39,870 bases of DNA from Trichomonas gallinae (taxonomy: Eukaryota): NCBI GenBank assembly GCA_008369845.1, contig MRSU01001247.1:1-39870 (forward strand), read 5' to 3'. This document shows, one piece after another, positions 33,599 through 39,870 of the stretch. The position numbers and the translations under genes are program-made. Positions within the stretch are counted from its first letter, which is position 1. Each line of letters opens with the position of its first letter. The notes under the pieces are model-generated. The model was given only the letters and a program-made list of their open reading frames with translations, did not search any database and was not told the DNA's origin.

Positions 33599-36556
33599 AT
33601 GAATGATGTTGATTATGGACTTGTAGTAAATACTCTTCAAAAACCGTCATCAGGAATCTTTTCTTCGTATGGCTACTATCTGTCCGATAAAGAGAAGCAT
33701 ATTGTCTTCGTTCATCCTTCTTCAATCGTTTTTTCAAATTATAATAAAAAAGATTTAAAAGCAGACATTGTTTTTGAAATACAGCTGCACTTCACTGTCA
33801 TGGAAGCATCTAAATTTCCTAATAGTTTCATAGAAGGAGAAGAAAATTTTGAAAGAATTGCATTATACACTACAGAACACCAGCTTATCATTTGCAGTTT
33901 TCACAACAAGTTTAGAACATCCATTGCATCGAATATTCGTCCTCATCAACCAATTTCTAGTGGAAATACACCGATTTTAGTTGGATTGCAAGATTATTTC
34001 GTTTTATTTTACTTTCCAACAACATTTTACATCATAGTCAACGATGACAAATTCGTTGCATCGGAAAGAGAAATCGATCATTCACTTTCTCCAACATCAA
34101 TCTCTTGTGTCGGAAATACGCTGTATATGAACTCACTATCATCATCATTCGTGCACTCAGTTGACATAGATTTCTATTATTCAAATCAAACACGCGAATA
34201 CGATGAAGAAGAAGAAATTTTTGTTCAAGATATATATAAAACAGAAGAAATCATCGAGTATGTTTATGCAGATTCGAAGTATATAGACTTGTTTACGCAA
34301 AAATCATTCTTAAGAGTCAGTTATTCGGGAGAATTAAAAGAATCTTATATTTTACCGATAGATTCATTAGTTACATACGTTATTGAGACACCGCAGAAAT
34401 CATTATACATATTCTTCGAACTTGGGGACGTTTACGAGTTTATTAACGGAGAATTCAAATTCACGATTTTAGGAAGTCAAGCAAAAAGCCCAATTTGTCT
34501 CGATGAGAGAGCTATATTCCTAAGCTCAGTCAATGGCCCATCTATTTTCCTAAGAGACGGGAAAGTTTTTAATTTATATTCATCGCCTCTTATTGAGACT
34601 CTAGCAGTGATGCCAGAGTCCAAGAACTACCCCAAAAGAATAATAGGAGCAGGAGGAGCAATATTTGGCATTGTTGACATATTCGGTACATGTCTGCGTC
34701 CAAAGGCAGTTTCGAGAGTTGAATTTCCTGATGTTAACTCGATATTTGGAATTGGAGACTCAGTATTATGCTCATCTGAAACAGAAACAAAGATTCTAGG
34801 TAAACCGGTAACAATCCTCAAAAATCCAACAAATTACGCAGAAAAACTCAAAAACGGTTATGTGCAAGTGACGAATGATTTGGTACTTTTTGCCAATTTA
34901 CAAAAAAATGACAATTCACAGAATATCTTTGAAAACGTCAATGATTTGATAGCAGGCTATAATTCATATCAGTACAGCATCTTAAAGGCTGATTACACTT
35001 ATGGAAATACTTACAAAGATTATTTAGTTCTTTATTCGAGATCATTTTTAGATATTTTCGATTTCGATGAACAAAAAGTTTTGCATTTCGATGTAGGCAG
35101 TGAAATAGCATCTGTTGCGTTGTCAGAGTTCATCTACGTGTCAACATGGAAAGAAAAGCTGATGAAATTGGATTGGAGTGGAAATACTTTGCAAACACTG
35201 GATTATTTATTCACTTCTCTTCAGGTTTGTCAAAGATTCATTATTGGCGCAACATCTAAAGGCAGAGTCATAGTATTTGACGAAGAGTTTAACATTGTCA
35301 AAGAAGTAAGTATATCAACAACAGCAATATATCTTTCCAAACGCGATGAAACTTGCGTTTTGGCGTTTTCTGACAAAACAAACATAATCATTATAGAAAA
35401 CGACGATGTTCAATTTGTTAGATTAGTAGAAACGAATTTAGTTGCTGCTGCATTCTTCGGCGAAAGATTAGTTGTATCTGAAGGAACTTATCTAAGTGTT
35501 ATGGACATCAAAAACAACTACGAATTCTGTCAGACGTCTTTAGTTAATGTTCCTGGAACTGCTTTAAATGTCGTTCCACTAAGTGATGATTCATTTATCG
35601 TTTTGATTGACGACAACACTTGTGTTTTGTATAAGGCACAGGTTTATTTAGTAGCTCCACTGAAAGGGTACGAATTCCCGCAGAAAGAAATCATGTCTTC
35701 TTTAGCTTCAAACGGCAAATATCATTTCGTTGCTGGTCAGATTATGTCAGATGAAGAACTTTTCAATGAAACTGGTGTGATTTATACTTTTGCAATTGAA
35801 AACGACAATTTCGTCGTCAAGCACAAAAGAGAATTCTCTCAGGCAGCTACAGACATAGTTTTGAATGAAGATCGCGCATATGTCAGCATTGGAGGTTGTG
35901 TGTACATTTTCAAGATAGAAGAAGATGGAAGTCTAAAAGAGATTAGATGCTATGATGCAGGTGTTTCAGCAATGAGATTGAGAATTGATCACGGTTATCT
36001 TGTCGTCTTCGATGTCTGCCAATCAATCAAAATCTTCAAAATAATCAATAAAGAAAGCTTATCCAGACAATATGAGGATAACAGGCACAGGATTACTACG
36101 GCCGCTATTTTTGTTAACGATACTGATATATTGATGTCGGACGGTGATGGATACCTGAGACTGATGAGGTGCGTCGATACTGGCATGGTTGAATTGAGCT
36201 CGATGTACTTCGGCTACGTCTTCAATGATTTCGTCAACTTTGATTCGATGAAAGATAGAATAATACCAAGAGCTAAATATGGTGAGAATTTTATAATTGG
36301 AGGAACATCAAATGGAGCTTTATTCGCTATCCAGGTTGTCCAGAAAGAAGAGTTTGTAGAGATGAAGAGATTGGAGAGAGAATGCATCGGTGAAATGAAA
36401 AAGCGCAAATTTATCATGATGGAGAAAAGCTCTGATAAGTCCGAACTGTTCCTTGACGCTTATATATTGGAGAGAACTTACAGAGAATCTACCAACTGCA
36501 ACTTCGGAATGAACTTTGATACTGTTCAGAAGTTGAAGGAAGTTTTAATGTTATAG
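33599..36556 (+). CDS. Divergent DDB1/CPSF-A/RSE1-family triple beta-propeller protein
   Basis: About 985 aa, beta-rich; N-terminal V.TLQKPS; C-terminal LVVFDVCQSI...ITTAAIF...ILMSDGDGYL...IIGGTSNGAL...FLDAYILE follows the CPSF_A/DDB1 pattern. First ATG at 33599. Confidence 0.7.
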   Translation: MNDVDYGLVVNTLQKPSSGIFSSYGYYLSDKEKHIVFVHPSSIVFSNYNKKDLKADIVFEIQLHFTVMEASKFPNSFIEGEENFERIALYTTEHQLIICSFHNKFRTSIASNIRPHQPISSGNTPILVGLQDYFVLFYFPTTFYIIVNDDKFVASEREIDHSLSPTSISCVGNTLYMNSLSSSFVHSVDIDFYYSNQTREYDEEEEIFVQDIYKTEEIIEYVYADSKYIDLFTQKSFLRVSYSGELKESYILPIDSLVTYVIETPQKSLYIFFELGDVYEFINGEFKFTILGSQAKSPICLDERAIFLSSVNGPSIFLRDGKVFNLYSSPLIETLAVMPESKNYPKRIIGAGGAIFGIVDIFGTCLRPKAVSRVEFPDVNSIFGIGDSVLCSSETETKILGKPVTILKNPTNYAEKLKNGYVQVTNDLVLFANLQKNDNSQNIFENVNDLIAGYNSYQYSILKADYTYGNTYKDYLVLYSRSFLDIFDFDEQKVLHFDVGSEIASVALSEFIYVSTWKEKLMKLDWSGNTLQTLDYLFTSLQVCQRFIIGATSKGRVIVFDEEFNIVKEVSISTTAIYLSKRDETCVLAFSDKTNIIIIENDDVQFVRLVETNLVAAAFFGERLVVSEGTYLSVMDIKNNYEFCQTSLVNVPGTALNVVPLSDDSFIVLIDDNTCVLYKAQVYLVAPLKGYEFPQKEIMSSLASNGKYHFVAGQIMSDEELFNETGVIYTFAIENDNFVVKHKREFSQAATDIVLNEDRAYVSIGGCVYIFKIEEDGSLKEIRCYDAGVSAMRLRIDHGYLVVFDVCQSIKIFKIINKESLSRQYEDNRHRITTAAIFVNDTDILMSDGDGYLRLMRCVDTGMVELSSMYFGYVFNDFVNFDSMKDRIIPRAKYGENFIIGGTSNGALFAIQVVQKEEFVEMKRLERECIGEMKKRKFIMMEKSSDKSELFLDAYILERTYRESTNCNFGMNFDTVQKLKEVLML

Positions 36557-36911
36557 AGATTTTTTATATTATATTATTTATAAAGGTTTATTTTTAAACA
36601 AATATTAACATGTTACAACAAATGAATCATATTTTGTAGATTGCTTTTATCCATGAAATATGAGCCATTATAATTCAACATTCATTGAAAGCATTAAATT
36701 ATATTTTTTAATGGTAAATAATATCAAAATGATTTTTGCACTAAAAGTTATGCTATTTCATTCAAGAAGTAAAAGAATTATCAAATAGGATCTGTGCTGT
36801 ACCAATATGTAGTAGATTCAAGATCTAAAGATTTGTATTTTGACAAGTAAACTAAATTTTTGTGGTTTGTTTTTGAGTTATTTACAAAACGTTGTAAAGT
36901 TGTTTGTCAGA

Positions 36912-37865
36912 ATGTTGATTTTTGCAGTTCTTACAAAATCTATTTTAATTAATCTTCACGAAGAAAAATCATTTCTTTCGTGGATGAGGGAGACAAACAA
37001 TTTCTTTGTTGGCGATGAATATCATTTTAGACTTGGAATTTATTTAAGTGCAAAAAGATTTGTTGAAGAACACAACAGACACAGTAATTTTAAACTTGGA
37101 CTCAATAATCTCGCTCATCTCACACACGCCGAATATCAACAGCGTCTTGGTGTAATTCATTACAAAATCGAAACAGAAAAAGTAGACAAAATATTAAAAA
37201 TAAAACTTTCTGCTCCGAATTCTTTCGATTGGCGCGACAAAGGCGTCTGCAACATTGTCAAAGACCAAGGACAATGTGGATCATGCTGGGCTTTTTCCAC
37301 AATACAAGCACAAGAGTCGCAATGGGCCATTAAACACAACCAGTTGTTTTCATTGTCAGAGCAACATTTAATTGATTGTGTCAAAGATTGCTCGGGATGT
37401 TTGGGCGGTTATCCAGGCCGCGCGATGACGTGGGTGAAATATATTGAGCATGGAATGTTCATGCTGGAGAGTGATTACCCTTATAAGGCAGTAGAAGGCA
37501 AATGTCAGTTCGACAAAAGTAAGGGAGTGACAAAAATAAAAACACATAAGTCAGGGACAAGGGATGAAGAAGTCCTTAAAAATGAAGTAGCAACAAATGG
37601 AGTCTATTCGATCTGCATCGACGCGAATTCCTATGAGTTCCACTTGTATCAGTCTGGAATCTATACAACCAACAACTGCCAGCAGAGCTACTCAAATCAC
37701 GCTGTTGGATTGGTTGGCTATGGAACAGAAAATGGAGTTGATTATTGGATTGTGAGAAATTCATGGTCTTCGAGCTGGGGCGAAGATGGCTACATAAGGA
37801 TGAGAAGAAACTATCGAAACATGTGCGGAATTGCCACAGAAGCTATTATTCCTGTTGTTGATTGA
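36912..37865 (+). CDS. Cathepsin L-like cysteine peptidase (clan CA, family C1A)
   Basis: DWRDKG...KDQGQCGSCWAF (catalytic Cys), NHAV (His), YWIVRNSW (Asn); I29 prodomain EYHFRLGIY...LNNLAHLT. First ATG at 36912. Confidence 0.97.
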   Translation: MLIFAVLTKSILINLHEEKSFLSWMRETNNFFVGDEYHFRLGIYLSAKRFVEEHNRHSNFKLGLNNLAHLTHAEYQQRLGVIHYKIETEKVDKILKIKLSAPNSFDWRDKGVCNIVKDQGQCGSCWAFSTIQAQESQWAIKHNQLFSLSEQHLIDCVKDCSGCLGGYPGRAMTWVKYIEHGMFMLESDYPYKAVEGKCQFDKSKGVTKIKTHKSGTRDEEVLKNEVATNGVYSICIDANSYEFHLYQSGIYTTNNCQQSYSNHAVGLVGYGTENGVDYWIVRNSWSSSWGEDGYIRMRRNYRNMCGIATEAIIPVVD

Positions 37866-38294
37866 AATTTTTTAATATGTTTGAGATAAACAATTTTTAC
37901 TATCATTGTATTCATAATAACTCATTTCTATGATTATTTTATAGTTTTTAATTTCAAATATCATTTCTAAAATTAAGAAAAAAATAAATTTGATTTTATT
38001 TGAAATAACCCATTTTCACTATCATCACATTCATATCTATTAATTTTTATAGCTATTTAAATGATTATGAAGTTCAAATAATATTTACAAAATTAATTCA
38101 AAAATATCAAACTTTTATTATTGTGTTTTTGATTCATTAGTGATCAAAAATGAATATTGATTAGTTTATGTAGTTGCTCCACTTATTAATTATTTGATTT
38201 CATAGCAATTCACAAAATTTTAATAAAATTATGAGAAAATTCTATATAAAAGAAAAACTGGCTGAGTTACCGACAGACAGTACAATAATTACAT

Positions 38295-39650
38295 TTATTT
38301 AGAGCTAGGAAGGAGAATATAAATAAGAGCAATGATGAATAAAATAACAATCGCGAATGAAACAACAGTGTCGTAGCCAAGCTTCTGCATTTTCAATGCT
38401 AGCGGTATATGGCCTCCGTATGACGCCCTAATGATCTTATTCGACTGATTTACGACTTCAATGACGTGATTCCAGCCTTGGACCATTTCTGGATTTGTAT
38501 CTGTAAAGTATGGGTTGATTATCTTTGAAATCTTATACAATTGGCCCCAATACACGCAAGTTAATTTATCATATTTTTCAAAAGCCGAAATTATCATTTC
38601 AAATAGATGCGATGTAGATAGCATCTGATTTGTAAGAGTTTTCGTGTTGTTGTAGCATTCTATAAGCTTCAGGAAAGAATTATGCAAAAAAGAATTGCAT
38701 TTATACTTGAAAAAGTCCGATGAAAGCTTGTAGAATATCGAGTCTATGTCATCTGTTCTCTTTTTGCTATGGTAAAAAACAGCAATAGTCAAAGAAACAA
38801 CAGATTCAGAAATACTCGTAAATATTTCTCTGTCGAGCATAATTTTGATATATTCTGGAAGCCTCATCTCAACCAAGTGAATTGCCGACTTCCAACGCGA
38901 GTCAGCGAAATGTAAACCTGCTTCTTGAGTAATATACCTCAAAAACTCTAATGTATCAGAATCTGGGCTAACTATGGAATTGTCGATGATCTGCGCGAGT
39001 CTATTTTCTTTCATTAATGAATTTATAATTTGTGAAGTAAAATTAGCTTCGAATCCTTTCAAAATTACATTCTGTGCATGATTGGAGGCCTTTGTATTTC
39101 GTGAAATTTCGTCAACAACCATGTCCATGAAGTCAATTTTCTTGAGAAAATTATTTTCGTTCCCGTTAACGATCAATAGCGAGAGAAAAAAGTAACATTT
39201 GTCTATATCTAGGTTAGAAACTAATGACTGTACGAATTCTTTTGACTTTAAAGCACCGATAAGTTTTGTTGACGAATCAGTAATGACAGAGAGCAAATTG
39301 AAGTAAGCATCTTGAGAAAACTTTGTCTCATTTGATATTTTATTGAGATATTCGGCGAATAACTTGTATAGATTTGCTGATCGAATAAAAATAGGGTAAG
39401 ATTTCGCTCTAGATAATGTTAGGATAGTTTTACAGATAGACACGACTTGGTGGTCTGCGTCTCGAATATATAAAGCAGTTTTCATTACCATATCAACTTG
39501 CTGAATAATATATTCGAGCAGTTGTTGATCCGCGCTGTTCCAAAAGTAGAAGAAATGAAGGTTGGTGACAACGTGATCGAACATTGCTGTCCCAGCCTTG
39601 ATTTTCTCGCGGAATTCGACAAGTTCGTAAGCGCTCGGACCAAAGCTCAT
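38295..39650 (-). CDS. SAPS/SIT4-associated (PP6 regulatory subunit)-like protein with a C-terminal transmembrane helix
   Basis: FFKYKCNSFLHNSF, WGQLYKIS and terminal YGG follow the SAPS pattern; hydrophobic tail VVSFAIVILFIIALIYILL. Confidence 0.7.
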   Translation of the reverse strand: MSFGPSAYELVEFREKIKAGTAMFDHVVTNLHFFYFWNSADQQLLEYIIQQVDMVMKTALYIRDADHQVVSICKTILTLSRAKSYPIFIRSANLYKLFAEYLNKISNETKFSQDAYFNLLSVITDSSTKLIGALKSKEFVQSLVSNLDIDKCYFFLSLLIVNGNENNFLKKIDFMDMVVDEISRNTKASNHAQNVILKGFEANFTSQIINSLMKENRLAQIIDNSIVSPDSDTLEFLRYITQEAGLHFADSRWKSAIHLVEMRLPEYIKIMLDREIFTSISESVVSLTIAVFYHSKKRTDDIDSIFYKLSSDFFKYKCNSFLHNSFLKLIECYNNTKTLTNQMLSTSHLFEMIISAFEKYDKLTCVYWGQLYKISKIINPYFTDTNPEMVQGWNHVIEVVNQSNKIIRASYGGHIPLALKMQKLGYDTVVSFAIVILFIIALIYILLPSSK

Positions 39651-39795
39651 TTTTTTGTTATTCAGCCAAATAAAAAAAACTTTGTTTTTTGCTGTCTCTA
39701 TGTCAATGGATTATAATTTTGAGTTTTAATTCATGATTGGAATAATTTAGTTCATATTTTTATCATTAACACTAGATAAATTTCTATTTCGAACT

Positions 39796-39868
39796 GGTTT
39801 CGTAGCTCAGTAGGTAGAGCGTAGTGCTGATAACGCTAAGGTCTTGGGTTCGAGCCCCAGCGGAACCA
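39796..39868 (+). tRNA. tRNA-Ile (GAU)
   Basis: GGTTTCG/CGGAACC acceptor stem; D arm GCTC/GAGC; anticodon arm TAGTG-CTGATAA-CGCTA; T arm TTGGG-TTCGAGC-CCCAG; discriminator A. Confidence 0.96.
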
Positions 39869-39870
39869 TT

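Overview
AT-rich, gene-dense, almost intron-free eukaryotic DNA with the hallmarks of a parabasalid, most likely Trichomonas vaginalis or a close relative (inferred from TCAY(T/A) initiators just upstream of ATGs, the AAAGTGAC core-promoter motif, TAAA overlapping many stop codons, and an exact ACTAACACACAG intron 3' motif). It holds about 22 protein genes: an importin-beta-like fragment, ING, FKBP15-like, TOPORS-like RING, TSEN2, VPS50, an RSPH9-NDK fusion, GMF, CENP-C-like, SRP68, a UBR-box E3, calponin/transgelin, a CAMSAP-type CH protein, WIPI/ATG18, DDB1-like, cathepsin L-like, SAPS-like and several hypotheticals. There are also two tRNAs (Gln-UUG, Ile-GAU) and several decayed gene relics. 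The main find lies between two convergent genes: a 137-nt spliceosomal intron (GTATGT at 5763 to ACTAACACACAG at 5899) with no ORF around it, which encloses an 18-bp stem flanking a box C/D-like RNA. This suggests a non-coding host gene spliced to release an intronic snoRNA in a very intron-poor genome. Other highlights are a recurrent clustered promoter motif TTTACAYGWCA, tandem duplications of promoter/5'-end DNA, a RING gene whose first zinc ligands lie upstream of any ATG (possible UUG start), and a G34 tRNA-Ile. All protein calls are by-eye motif recognition; no searches were run.
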